Program-made: the position numbers and the translations under genes | Part shown: in pieces, positions 39,965 through 49,854 of the stretch | Position numbering within the stretch: position 1 is the stretch's first letter | Layout: each line of letters starts with the position of its first letter | Assembly: GCA_963674705.1 (NCBI GenBank) | Contig: OY771506.1 | Coordinates: 5,376,001-5,440,000 of the forward strand | Direction: 5' to 3' | DNA length: 64,000 nucleotides | DNA from: Phycisphaeraceae bacterium | GTDB lineage: Bacteria; Planctomycetota; Phycisphaerae; Phycisphaerales; Phycisphaeraceae | Notes under the pieces: model-generated | The model's input: the letters and a program-made list of their open reading frames with translations, nothing else | Databases searched by the model: none | Told to the model about the DNA's origin: nothing

Positions 39965-41401
39965 CTATTGACGTGACCGACGCACCATCGAAAAGTAAAT
40001 CGTCGTCAACACCAATATAAACACCGAGATGAAAAGCATGTTGAGGCTCCAGATCGGTAACTGGGCCTTGATATCTGCAACAGGACGGCCTTCTATCTGA
40101 GCAAGCCAGGTATGGAACCGGGTGTTCACGACAACAGCGGTGACAATAGCGATCAACCATGTCACAATAAAAGTAACCGCCCCCCGTGCCTGTGGCCCAC
40201 GCTTGCTGACACAAGCAACCGCAATGAAGAACAAGCCGATACCTGTCGCGGCGATCGTCAACGCCCACGCGACATCCTCGGCCTTCAGTGCCATTACGAC
40301 CATCCACGCGAACGATCCAAAGATAGCGCCGCCCAGCCCACCGAAAAACATCCCAGGCGCAGCCGGGTTACGTTGCATCACTTGATTAAGCGGCGGCGAA
40401 CCTTCCTGTTCACGGATCCTCCGCTGCCCACGGTTGGCCCATATCACAATCGGAATAAGACTACCCGCATAAACAAGAACCATGACACATTCGATAATGA
40501 CAAATGTCACCGGCTGCACCATGGGCCGCAACAACCATGAAGCTAAAGCCAACGAAACCATGAAAAGACAGACCATCACCCAAATAACAACCGCGTAACG
40601 GATCATAAACCGTCGCTCGGTCGGTGTATCGGTGTTCTTGATACTGATCCATGTCCCGAATAATCCACCAAATATGCCGATGATGGGTCCGATGAACATC
40701 GACCAGCTCAACAATAAGCCTGACGACTTGGCCGCCGCCCCGGTCCCCACCGCCGCGGTCGCCACCTTGGGTGTCATCGCCGGCAACGCCGCCATCACCG
40801 CCAAGGTAAATGCATGTGAAGGCCGTGTCGTTCGCAGACCGCGTTCCACCACGGATGCCAGTTCCTGTCGAACCATCGTTCGTGCGCGTGACAACCTCTG
40901 ACGAACAGCGCTTTCACTAAGACCTGACACCTCCGCTAACTGAGCGGTACTCATCTGCTCTCGATAATACAGCACGAGCACTTCACGGTAGTCCTGCGGG
41001 ATCGACTCGATCGCACGCCAGACCAGGGCGGTCTCGTCCTCTTTTTCTAATTGTTTGTCTGGCGCATGCTCAAAACCAGCCGTTGTCGATTCATCAGGCA
41101 AAGCTGAAGCGTTACGGTTCAGGTCCGTACGCTTACGCCGCAGCCAATCCCGCACACGGTTCCGGGCAATCGCACAGAGCCATGCCGCCAGTTTCTCCGG
41201 CTCTTTTAGTGATCGAATTTTCCGCCAAGCTTGTAAAAATGTATCCTGCGCCAGGTCTTCACTGATCGGGATGTCGCCGGTGGCGTTATAGGTAATGCTC
41301 GTAACCAGCCCCTGGTATCGCTCCACAACACGACGAAACGCGTCGTGCTCGCCGTTCTGACAGGCCTGCCAAAGCTCGGTATCACTAGTCATCTGGGTCA
41401 T
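39965..41401 (-). CDS. ECF sigma factor with multi-pass transmembrane C-terminal extension
   Basis: SEDLAQDTFLQAW...AWLCAIARN; YREVLVLYY...SESAVRQRLSRAR; followed by about 7 hydrophobic segments. Confidence 0.9.
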   Translation of the reverse strand: MTQMTSDTELWQACQNGEHDAFRRVVERYQGLVTSITYNATGDIPISEDLAQDTFLQAWRKIRSLKEPEKLAAWLCAIARNRVRDWLRRKRTDLNRNASALPDESTTAGFEHAPDKQLEKEDETALVWRAIESIPQDYREVLVLYYREQMSTAQLAEVSGLSESAVRQRLSRARTMVRQELASVVERGLRTTRPSHAFTLAVMAALPAMTPKVATAAVGTGAAAKSSGLLLSWSMFIGPIIGIFGGLFGTWISIKNTDTPTERRFMIRYAVVIWVMVCLFMVSLALASWLLRPMVQPVTFVIIECVMVLVYAGSLIPIVIWANRGQRRIREQEGSPPLNQVMQRNPAAPGMFFGGLGGAIFGSFAWMVVMALKAEDVAWALTIAATGIGLFFIAVACVSKRGPQARGAVTFIVTWLIAIVTAVVVNTRFHTWLAQIEGRPVADIKAQLPIWSLNMLFISVFILVLTTIYFSMVRRSRQ

Positions 41402-41432
41402 GGCTCGGTCTCCTTACTGCTGCTACCTATCC

Positions 41433-41458
41433 AGACGCAGCACCTGACCGGCTGTGAC
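41433..41458 (-). promoter_or_regulatory. Putative ECF-type autoregulatory promoter
   Basis: Minus strand GTCACA-N15-CGTCT upstream of RBS AAGGAG and ATG 41401. Confidence 0.5.
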
Positions 41459-41503
41459 CAATTATATGAAGTGAACTGAAATATTTACCCCCAGATCCCC
41501 GGT

Positions 41504-43552
41504 TTAGTGCTCTCGACCGGCAAAACCAAGGTTTTCTTCCATCCAGTCGTCGCTCTTGAGTACACTCTTACGCTGACGGCGGGCAAGCCGTTGTGATCGA
41601 TCCTGGGCCTTCTTGAATAACCGTTTATACCACTTGCCCGAGACTTCACGGTCCCCGCAGCGCTTCGCTGCACGTTTACCGCTACGACCGGCATACTTGC
41701 GGATCAGTTCATCTTCCAGACTGACAAACGCGATCGCCGAGCCCGGATCGCCCTGTCGGCCGGCGCGGCCGTAGAGCTGGCGGTCGATACGCCCGGATTC
41801 GTTACGCTCGGTAGACACCACGTGCAGCCCTCCCGCCTCTGGCACGCCCTTACCCAGCTTGATATCCGTTCCACGCCCGGCCATGTTCGTCGCGACCGTA
41901 ATGCGCCCCGGCTGACCCGCATCCGCGACGATCTCTGCTTCCTCCGCGTGACGCACCGCGTTGAGCACCACGTGCTTGAGCGCCTTGGCGTTCAACATCG
42001 AACTGAGCTTCTCGCTCGCCTCCACGCTGCGCGTCCCGACTAACACGGGTTGGCCCTTCTTGTGAATACGGCGGATCTCCTCCACTACCGCTTCCCAGCG
42101 CGCTTCAGATGAACCAAAAATCCGATCCGGATGATGAATACGAATGCAAGGCCTGTGCGTCGGGATCTTCACCGTCGGCAGCTTGTAGACCTGCCAGAAC
42201 TCGTGCCTCGCTTCCCATGCCGTACCCGTCATCCCGCAGAGATTGCGATACATGCGGAAGAACCGCTGGAAACTCACACGCGCCATCGTGTCCTTCGGCG
42301 GCGTCACTTCCAGCTTTTCTTTCGCTTCCACCGCCTGGTGCAGACCATGACGCCAACTACGATCGGGCATGAGTCGACCGGTCGATTCATCCACGATCAC
42401 GACCTTGCCTTCCTGCACGACGTACTGTTGACCTTTGAGGAATAGCTCCTTCGCCGTGATCGCCTGAACGATCAGTTCCTCGCGCATGCGCGGGCTCTGC
42501 CATATGCCCGGCAAATCTTCACACAACTCATCGATACGGTGCTTACCCGTACGGTTCAAATCCACATCACGGAACTTCAGGTTGACCTTGTAGTGTTCGC
42601 CCTGATCCATATCGCGTGCAAGCAACGCCGCCTGCTCGAACGCCTGGGTCTGCTCATCATTCGGTGCTTCGCTGGAGATAATCAGCGGCGTCACCGCTTC
42701 ATCGATCAACAAGGAGTCTGCCTCGTCGATGATCGCTGTTTCAAGACCACGCATCACCAGACGATCTACGCCGCCCATTCCGCCGAGATTGATCTTGTTC
42801 ACCAGCGCATCGGTCAACCCGCGCATCCGTCCCAACTGAAGCCGATCTCGCAGGTAATCCGCAGCGATTTCCTTGTTCGTCCCGTACGTGATGTCACAAA
42901 GGTAAGCCTGCCTGCGCTCCGGCGGCGGCTTTTCCCCATCAACCCAGCCGACGCTCAGACCGCACGCGGCATATAGCTTCTTCAAGCTGGTCGCATCACG
43001 CTTGGCAAGATAATCATTGACGGTCAGCACGTGGCAACCGCGCCCGCGCCAGCCGGCGATCACCGCAGGCATCGTTGCAACTAATGTCTTGCCTTCACCC
43101 GTCGCCAGTTCCACCAACGATCCTTCCGTCATCGCCAGCGCCGCCGCGACCTGCTCACGGTATGGATGCAATCCCATTACGCGGCGTGAAACCTCACGCA
43201 CCAGCGCCATCGCCCGGTCGATATCTTCGTGCTTCTGCCTGCCAAGCCGAAACACCATGCGCAACTCGGCCGCCGCCGCTTGCAGGTCCGGATCGGATAA
43301 CACGCTGAACTGCGGGTCCATCGCAAGCACGCGCTCGGCTCGTTTCAGGTAGCGCCCGGTTCTTGGGACCAAAGGCACGAACTGGCCGACCATCGCGTCC
43401 CAGATCGCATCCAGGCCTTTAGGCAACTTCGGTGCATCACGTCGTTGCGCCAGCATCCGCCACGTCCCGATCGGTGCAGCCCACGCCGGCGCAACGGTCG
43501 TCTGCGCCGCACCGTGTTCAGCAGGCATGTGTTGGTGGGTCGTGACAGCCAT
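41504..43552 (-). CDS. Accessory, C-terminally truncated SecA-like ATPase (SecA_DEAD)
   Basis: ELATGEGKT, HVLTVNDYLAKRD, DYLRD, IIDEADSLLIDEA, GLHQAVEAKE, GMTGTA, TNMAGRGTDI, QLYGRAGRQGDPG; only 682 aa. Confidence 0.92.
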   Translation of the reverse strand: MAVTTHQHMPAEHGAAQTTVAPAWAAPIGTWRMLAQRRDAPKLPKGLDAIWDAMVGQFVPLVPRTGRYLKRAERVLAMDPQFSVLSDPDLQAAAAELRMVFRLGRQKHEDIDRAMALVREVSRRVMGLHPYREQVAAALAMTEGSLVELATGEGKTLVATMPAVIAGWRGRGCHVLTVNDYLAKRDATSLKKLYAACGLSVGWVDGEKPPPERRQAYLCDITYGTNKEIAADYLRDRLQLGRMRGLTDALVNKINLGGMGGVDRLVMRGLETAIIDEADSLLIDEAVTPLIISSEAPNDEQTQAFEQAALLARDMDQGEHYKVNLKFRDVDLNRTGKHRIDELCEDLPGIWQSPRMREELIVQAITAKELFLKGQQYVVQEGKVVIVDESTGRLMPDRSWRHGLHQAVEAKEKLEVTPPKDTMARVSFQRFFRMYRNLCGMTGTAWEARHEFWQVYKLPTVKIPTHRPCIRIHHPDRIFGSSEARWEAVVEEIRRIHKKGQPVLVGTRSVEASEKLSSMLNAKALKHVVLNAVRHAEEAEIVADAGQPGRITVATNMAGRGTDIKLGKGVPEAGGLHVVSTERNESGRIDRQLYGRAGRQGDPGSAIAFVSLEDELIRKYAGRSGKRAAKRCGDREVSGKWYKRLFKKAQDRSQRLARRQRKSVLKSDDWMEENLGFAGREH

Positions 43553-43567
43553 ACTTCGCTAACTCTG

Positions 43568-45751
43568 TTAGAACCGCTCCTGGATCACCTGCGTGATTGA
43601 AAGCCACCACTGCTGCAACAGCGGTGTATGCTTGAGGTCGAAGCGGGTCACCACGCGTTGTCCCGTGAAAAGACGTAGTTCCTTCCCGTCTTTTGCTGGA
43701 AGCGGCTCGATCTGCACCTCCCAGAACGGGTCCTGCGATTGTGTGCCCTGTTCGTCTTGCATATCCACCGGCAACGCACCGCCGCCTGCAAAACCCAACG
43801 CTGGCGATGGTAGTTCACGACGCCCAACTTCCAAAACGCGTACAACTTTGCCATCGATCAATTCATCGGGGCGGCCACGCACACGCATCTGAACCGTTGA
43901 CCCCACGATGGAAAACTGTGATACCCATGGCCCAGCATATTTATCCAGCACGACACGGATGCGAGGCGACTCATCCGTCAACGTGCCGATGGGTTGGCCT
44001 TGTTTTACATAAGACCCGCGCAGTTCATCCGCATTCTCACTGACCCAAACACCATCGAATCCCGGCTTGATCGTCAACGCATCAAGCTGCTGCTCAACAC
44101 GCGCGAGCTGCTCGTTGATCGCTTCGATCTGTCCCAACATCACCTGCGCCTGAGCCGGCTCATCTGATCGGGCCTGGCGGTAGTACGCTTCGTAAAGCCC
44201 CTTATCCGCCAGCAGCTTTCTGTGTTCGATTTCAAGCTCGTAATTTTTTGCAAGCACCAATTGATGCCCGCCCGCCCGGACATTTGTCGCAGACGGCAGC
44301 ACATCTTCGATAAACCCATCCGCCCCGGCAAAGACCATCTCGATACGGTTTGGCTCGACCACCCCCTCGCCCCGCGCGTGATACGGCGCGGGGATCATGC
44401 CCAACGAACCGATCAATACCGCAAAGAAAACCACCGTCACAAGCTGCGCACGCGCCCTGGTGCGCAAAAGCTCTGGATTAACCAACAGGTAGTGGACCCA
44501 CTTGCCAATCGGCACGATCACCCAGCCAATGATGCCCGACATCGCCAGCAGGATGCCCAGGTACTTCAGCGAGTCAACCACGAACAGGATGATCGAAACC
44601 GAGATGAACACGCGGTAGATCGCAGCCGAGATGCAGTACACAGTCAGCCAGAACCGCTCGCCCGAAGAATGCGATGGATCGCGAGGTCGACGCACACCAT
44701 ATGCGAACTTCTTGACCAGGTAATACAGGTATTCCTTGCTGCGCTGCTGAAGGTTAGGCGTTTCCAGCAGGTCAGAGAGGATGTAGTAGCCGTCGAACTT
44801 GATCAACGGGTTGGCGTTAAACAGGATCGTCGTCACGCCGGCGATGAAGATCATGTTGTAGGCAAGCGCCGCGGTCGGCGTACCCGGTGACGCGTTCGAC
44901 CAGATAATCGCCGCAACCGCGCCGATCGCCGTTTCGACATACATACCGGCCGCACCGATAAACGCTCGGTGCCACTTGTTACGCAGCGCCCATGCACTGG
45001 ACGCATCCACGTAAGGCAACGGCATAAAGACGATGAACATGATGCCCATCGTGTGTACCTCGCCGCCCGAATGCGATTGCCTGCCGAAGTGTTTACACGC
45101 GAATCCGTGGCCGAACTCGTGGATCGCCTTGATCAGGATCATGCACACGTAAAGCAAAGGCAGGTTCGACGGCGAGAGGATGCCGGACCGCTGATCCCAC
45201 AAATCATCCACACGCCCCGCGATCGACCACAACCCCGCGCCGATCAGGATCGCCCAAAGGATCAGACCGATAGGCCCGAAACACCAGCCGAACACTTTGA
45301 CCCAGCTATCCAGGATATGGTCCGGATCGAACAGCGGGATGCGCGAGAACAGCAGGTTCATGAAGTACCCGCCGACCTCGCGCCGCCGCCGCTTGCGGAA
45401 TCGCTCAAACATCCCAGCCGCATCGGCGGGCAGGTCCGCATCCAGCAGGTTCGATTGATATAACTGCCCCAGCAACTGGATTGCTTCGCCCTGTGTCGGC
45501 GCGCTATCACCAAGCTGTTCACAGCAGACGTTCCACGCGTCCGCCACCTTGCGCTGCCCGTTCAGCAAACCGACAAAGTGATAACTCGCCTCGTCCAGCC
45601 GGAAGAACTTGTTATTCGCCGAGTCACGCAGGACGTGCCACGTCCGCCCGCGGTAGCGCTGCCGATAGCTTTGCACCAACGACCGCAGCCGCGGCTTCAA
45701 CTCCGCCACGCGGTACCAGCTTTCCGAAAATGTTGGGCGATCTACTGGCAA
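43568..45751 (-). CDS. PqqD/RRE-like domain + M50 intramembrane zinc metalloprotease + HlyD-like domain fusion
   Basis: N-terminal LLNGQRKVADAW...LLGQLYQSNLL; HEFGH and NANPLIKFDGY zinc motifs; C-terminal coiled coil with IKPGFDG...GSYVKQGQPIG. Confidence 0.88.
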   Translation of the reverse strand: MPVDRPTFSESWYRVAELKPRLRSLVQSYRQRYRGRTWHVLRDSANNKFFRLDEASYHFVGLLNGQRKVADAWNVCCEQLGDSAPTQGEAIQLLGQLYQSNLLDADLPADAAGMFERFRKRRRREVGGYFMNLLFSRIPLFDPDHILDSWVKVFGWCFGPIGLILWAILIGAGLWSIAGRVDDLWDQRSGILSPSNLPLLYVCMILIKAIHEFGHGFACKHFGRQSHSGGEVHTMGIMFIVFMPLPYVDASSAWALRNKWHRAFIGAAGMYVETAIGAVAAIIWSNASPGTPTAALAYNMIFIAGVTTILFNANPLIKFDGYYILSDLLETPNLQQRSKEYLYYLVKKFAYGVRRPRDPSHSSGERFWLTVYCISAAIYRVFISVSIILFVVDSLKYLGILLAMSGIIGWVIVPIGKWVHYLLVNPELLRTRARAQLVTVVFFAVLIGSLGMIPAPYHARGEGVVEPNRIEMVFAGADGFIEDVLPSATNVRAGGHQLVLAKNYELEIEHRKLLADKGLYEAYYRQARSDEPAQAQVMLGQIEAINEQLARVEQQLDALTIKPGFDGVWVSENADELRGSYVKQGQPIGTLTDESPRIRVVLDKYAGPWVSQFSIVGSTVQMRVRGRPDELIDGKVVRVLEVGRRELPSPALGFAGGGALPVDMQDEQGTQSQDPFWEVQIEPLPAKDGKELRLFTGQRVVTRFDLKHTPLLQQWWLSITQVIQERF

Positions 45752-45755
45752 TGTT

Positions 45756-45813
45756 GGGTCTGGGGTCTAGGGTCTGGTCAGAGCTAATGGCTAACGGCTA
45801 ACAGCTAATGGCT
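45756..45813 (-). repeat. Composite heptamer repeats (TAGCCRT)n then (CAGACCC)n filling the intergenic space
   Basis: Minus strand agccat-tagctgt-tagccgt-tagccat-tagc...gaccagaccctagaccccagaccc-aaca-TTG; second copy at 59853-59926. Confidence 0.8.
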
Positions 45814-45819
45814 CTGCTC

Positions 45820-47697
45820 CTAGAACCACAACTTCATCCGCAGCCAGTTCACCGCTTGTCGGGTCCATATCCACGCGTACGAGGCTTCGCCCGCATCGAT
45901 CTTCGCCATCCCGGCCGTGCCCGGCAGCAGGTTCCTGCTGTCAGCGGGTGGCTTTAACAGCTTCACGCGGACACTGAAGATGTTCTTCTGTTCTTTCACC
46001 TGGGCCATCGGCTCGATGCGATCAACTTCGAAACGGTAATACTTGCCCGGTTCTGCCGCGGTCGCAAGATAGCCCGATTGCCCTTCCTTGACATCTGCGA
46101 TCATGTCTTCGGGCACTTCCAGACGGGCACGCAGGTTGTCCAGTTGAGCGATCTCAAACATCGCATCACCCTTCGTCACAGCCTGGCCCACCCGACGCTT
46201 CAGATCACCTTCAACCACCACGCCCGACACCGCCGACACGATCGATGATTGGCTAAGCCAGTAGTCAATCTCATCGATCTGCGCCTTCACGCCGTCAGCC
46301 TGATGCTGGGCGATCTGCACTTCGACCGTCTTGTTCTCACGACGCGCCAGGTCCGCCTCTTTCAGGTAACGCAGATGCTCCGCCACCAGCGACGCACGAC
46401 GCAGCCGAAGCTCCGCCGTCTCCATCGATGCCAGCACGCTCTGCCCCGCCGCAACCGTATCGCCGGGTTCGACATTCACCTGCTTGATGTACCCATCGAA
46501 CGGCGCAGCAATCACCCGGCCTTCCTGCGCTTCGATGATAAACGGCGCATCAACCCGGTACGTCCCCTTGGCGAAGATCAAAAAGATGATCAGCGCCGAG
46601 ACACCAATCGCTGTCAGCTTAGCCCAGGTATGACGCGGGCCGACCAACGCTGCCCCGGCTTTCTTGGCTGAGATCGCCATCTTCGCGCCGATCCACCGGT
46701 CCGTGTCGTGCAGGTTACCGATCAATGCGGCGCAGAGGTTACACGTCAGCCGCAATCCCTCAGCATCACGCATGTTCAGCGGACGATCGACGGGCCTTTC
46801 GACCGTCAATACACCGATCAGTTCATCGCCCCGCCGTAGCGGCATGCTACAGATCACCGTCGGGCCGTGCTTCTCACTGAGCCTGGCTGCGGCACGTGCG
46901 ATGTATGGCACCTCGGGCGGCGCAGGATGGATAATCTCAACCTGCTGGTCCATGCACTCTTCCATCGCGGACTCGATGTCCTGAACGAGTTGCATCTTGC
47001 GGTTGAACTGTTCGGTCTGGCTCATCGCCTGAAGCTTGACGTAAGAGCCTCGCTGGATACCCAGACTCACGCGCTCCGCTTTCCAGCGGTTGGCGATCTC
47101 ATTACATAGCGCGATCGCTGCCGGCTTGAACTTCTGATGCTCGTTGATCGCCGCGCTGACGCTCATCGCCGCGGCAAACACATCCAGGTCACCCTGACGG
47201 CGCTGCAGCGATAGCCGCATCTCGTAGAGGCTCAGCAGCGTAACCGTCAACTCAAGACGTTCCCGGCACTGTTCGAGCAGACTGGCGTCACTGTGATTCA
47301 AGAGAAACGCGCTGATGCCACGCACCTGCCCACTGCCACGCAACGGCAGGATCACGATGTGTTGGCGCGCGTTTTGGCCGTACATCTCTTCCGTCGAATG
47401 CACGGGCAACAGGATCGTTTGAGCATTTTGGACGACCGATGGCATCGCCTCCGCGGCCTGCGCCAACCATACCGGCGCGGGTGTCCCGGGCGTGGGCTCC
47501 GGATACACCGCCAGCACTTCCGGCCGCCCTTCCTGGCCGACTCGCAACACAGCGCCGGCCTCGGCTAAACCCAACTGACACTGTGCCGCAAGCAACTTGC
47601 GCAGGAACGCCTCGGGCGGCCCCTGAAAGGCTACCAATTCATCGACGATCGCGGCTGGACTCATCGGCCCCGCCTGCATGTTTACGTGCTGTGTCAT
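45820..47697 (-). CDS. GAF-domain-containing HlyD-family adaptor
   Basis: GAF-like region (AERVSLG, AMEECMDQ, CSMPLRRGDELIGVLTVER), TM helix, then IAAPFDGYIKQVNVEPGDTV and coiled coil. ORF is open to 47733. Confidence 0.87.
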   Translation of the reverse strand: MTQHVNMQAGPMSPAAIVDELVAFQGPPEAFLRKLLAAQCQLGLAEAGAVLRVGQEGRPEVLAVYPEPTPGTPAPVWLAQAAEAMPSVVQNAQTILLPVHSTEEMYGQNARQHIVILPLRGSGQVRGISAFLLNHSDASLLEQCRERLELTVTLLSLYEMRLSLQRRQGDLDVFAAAMSVSAAINEHQKFKPAAIALCNEIANRWKAERVSLGIQRGSYVKLQAMSQTEQFNRKMQLVQDIESAMEECMDQQVEIIHPAPPEVPYIARAAARLSEKHGPTVICSMPLRRGDELIGVLTVERPVDRPLNMRDAEGLRLTCNLCAALIGNLHDTDRWIGAKMAISAKKAGAALVGPRHTWAKLTAIGVSALIIFLIFAKGTYRVDAPFIIEAQEGRVIAAPFDGYIKQVNVEPGDTVAAGQSVLASMETAELRLRRASLVAEHLRYLKEADLARRENKTVEVQIAQHQADGVKAQIDEIDYWLSQSSIVSAVSGVVVEGDLKRRVGQAVTKGDAMFEIAQLDNLRARLEVPEDMIADVKEGQSGYLATAAEPGKYYRFEVDRIEPMAQVKEQKNIFSVRVKLLKPPADSRNLLPGTAGMAKIDAGEASYAWIWTRQAVNWLRMKLWF

Positions 47698-47746
47698 AAC
47701 AATCCCCCGGCTTAACCGGGGGGCTTCGGACATCGGGTCACATTAT

Positions 47747-48139
47747 CTACTTCGTCCGGTCCGCGGCGTTCAACTTCAGCTCGCCGAACTTCTCTTCATA
47801 GCCGCGCACGATCTGCCCCAGAGACAGCGCCAGCCGTTTGGCTGTGTAATAGTTGAGGATCAGCCGGTCATTAACCTGGAACAGGATGTCGCCGGCCACA
47901 TCCGAACTCTGTGCCTGCGGGTTCGGCACCACCATATTCAGACCAAAGTCAACGATCACCTCTTCACTGGTCGCGTTGGTCTTGAAGGCGTTGGCGTAGC
48001 TGCTGGACATGTTCGATTGATCGACGCGCAGGCGGACCTGCTTGCCGCCGGTCTGCTGCTGCGCCTGATTTTCAACCGAATCGCCCTGTACAGGAATCTG
48101 TCTGGAATCTTCTGCCACTGTGTCGCTCCTGGTGTTCAA
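47747..48139 (-). CDS. DUF3467-family small protein
   Basis: YANAFKTNATSEEVIVDFG...RLILNYYTAKRLALSL...YEEKFGEL pattern. Confidence 0.8.
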   Translation of the reverse strand: MNTRSDTVAEDSRQIPVQGDSVENQAQQQTGGKQVRLRVDQSNMSSSYANAFKTNATSEEVIVDFGLNMVVPNPQAQSSDVAGDILFQVNDRLILNYYTAKRLALSLGQIVRGYEEKFGELKLNAADRTK

Positions 48140-48285
48140 TAATGTGTATCAGGTATCAGCCATGTGAGGCATCATGATACCCCGGTTATCGGGCTAGAGT
48201 GGCGCCCGCTAAGCAGGAGTGAACTAGCCTGCCGGATTGTTAGTGTACCAAGTGAAATCGGTCTTTGTGCGCCGCCGCTCAAGCC

Positions 48286-48990
48286 CTATTCCGGCTCAGT
48301 TTTAGGTTTTGGTTTGCCCATATCCAATGCCGCCACATCCTGATCCCGGCCGTACACGATTAATACGTCCCCAGCCTGGATCCGGCTCGATCCTTTAGGC
48401 GCACCGGTAAACCCGCCGCCCGGATGATGGATCCCCAATACCATGATGCCCGCGTCTGGTAACCTTGCCTCTGCAAGCGATTGATTGACCACAGAATCCC
48501 CTTGCTGAACCATGATCTCCGCCACGCCATAATTGTCCGCAAGGTGCAATAACTCCGCATAATCCCGGGTATCCAGCGTGGTCCAGCGGCACAACGCCGC
48601 CGCTATGATCCGGGACATGTGACGGTCAAGCCATTTGCTTGCCGAGAGCAACCACAATAAGCCCACCCCCACAACGATCATCACCATGCTCATCGCCCAG
48701 CCGATGGATTTATCGCCTGCGTTGGCGAACGTCAGGATCAAGGTCGTCGCGACCGACGCCAGACCTACGTTCCCAGCCATCATCAGCAGCATCACGATCC
48801 GCCGTCTGACGGGGTGATTCACGACTGACTCCGATTCACTGGTCGTAAAGCCCGCCCCGGTGAACGCTGAACGGGCCTGAAACCGGGCCGATTCTCGCGA
48901 CAACCCCGTCAAGACCAACGCGACAGTCGCCACCCGGTTCACGATCATGGACAACACCACAACCAGCAGCAGAGAAAGGACTGGCAGCAT
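48286..48990 (-). CDS. Membrane protein with TrkA-C (RCK-C) domain
   Basis: LTGLSRESARFQARSAFTGAGFTTSESE channel-like segment; C-terminal GIMVLGI...PKGSSRIQAGDVLIVYG. Confidence 0.85.
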   Translation of the reverse strand: MLPVLSLLLVVVLSMIVNRVATVALVLTGLSRESARFQARSAFTGAGFTTSESESVVNHPVRRRIVMLLMMAGNVGLASVATTLILTFANAGDKSIGWAMSMVMIVVGVGLLWLLSASKWLDRHMSRIIAAALCRWTTLDTRDYAELLHLADNYGVAEIMVQQGDSVVNQSLAEARLPDAGIMVLGIHHPGGGFTGAPKGSSRIQAGDVLIVYGRDQDVAALDMGKPKPKTEPE

Positions 48991-49191
48991 ACTCACCTCG
49001 TAACTTGCCCATGATCCTGACCGACTTTTAGCAAACCGTCAAACCCGCATCTCACATAGACCCATACCGCCACGAATACCGCGTCAAAAACAGACAACGG
49101 ATGCGGCGGTATACTGTTGGTTCTCGATAACCGTTCAATCATGGCGTGATCCAACAAACACACGCCAACATCTTGTACGAGGGAGTTTATC

Positions 49192-49770
49192 TTGGCAGAC
49201 CTGTCTGATACCGTCGTCGTCGTCTCCGGCCTGCCCCGCTCAGGCACCAGCCTCATGATGCAGATGCTCGAAGCCGGCGGCGTCCCACCCTTCGCGGACT
49301 TCGAGCGCGTAGCCGACGAAGACAATCCCAAGGGCTACTACGAACTCGAAGCGATCAAGAAAGTCAAGGAAAATCCCACCCTCTTGGATGGCGCCGAGGG
49401 CAAGGTCGTCAAAGCGATCCACATGCTCCTGATGGACCTGCCGGGCAATCATAAGTACAAGATCCTGTTCATGCGTCGCAACCTCGATGAAGTACTCACA
49501 AGCCAGCGCAAAATGCTAGATCGCTCCGGCAAAAAAGGCGCAGCCATACCCGAAGCCGCTTTGAAAAAAGTCTTTGAAAGTCAACTGGCCAAAGTGGACG
49601 CCTGGACAGCTTCCCAAGAAAACATCGAAGTATTGAACGTCGAACACCGCGCCCTGCTGACCGATCCCGCGCCGGTCGTCGAACAGATCAACGCGTTCCT
49701 CGGCGGCACCCTTGATACCGAAAAAATGACGGCAACCGTCGACCCCACGCTCTACCGCAATAAAGCCTGA
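49192..49770 (+). CDS. Sulfotransferase-family protein
   Basis: 5'-PAPS loop VSGLPRSGTSLMMQML, NPKGYYE, FMRRNLDEVLTSQ. Confidence 0.82.
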   Translation: MADLSDTVVVVSGLPRSGTSLMMQMLEAGGVPPFADFERVADEDNPKGYYELEAIKKVKENPTLLDGAEGKVVKAIHMLLMDLPGNHKYKILFMRRNLDEVLTSQRKMLDRSGKKGAAIPEAALKKVFESQLAKVDAWTASQENIEVLNVEHRALLTDPAPVVEQINAFLGGTLDTEKMTATVDPTLYRNKA

Positions 49771-49854
49771 AACCCGTCCTTCCCCCGGAAGCTGCGCTGC
49801 TATGGCGCGGTTGCTTCAGCAATCCACGCTGTACGCTGCGCGCGCTCGGTGCTA

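Noticed and set aside
43568..45751. RiPP cluster suggested by the PqqD/RRE-like domain
   Set aside because: No precursor peptide or modifying enzyme nearby; the context indicates protein export.
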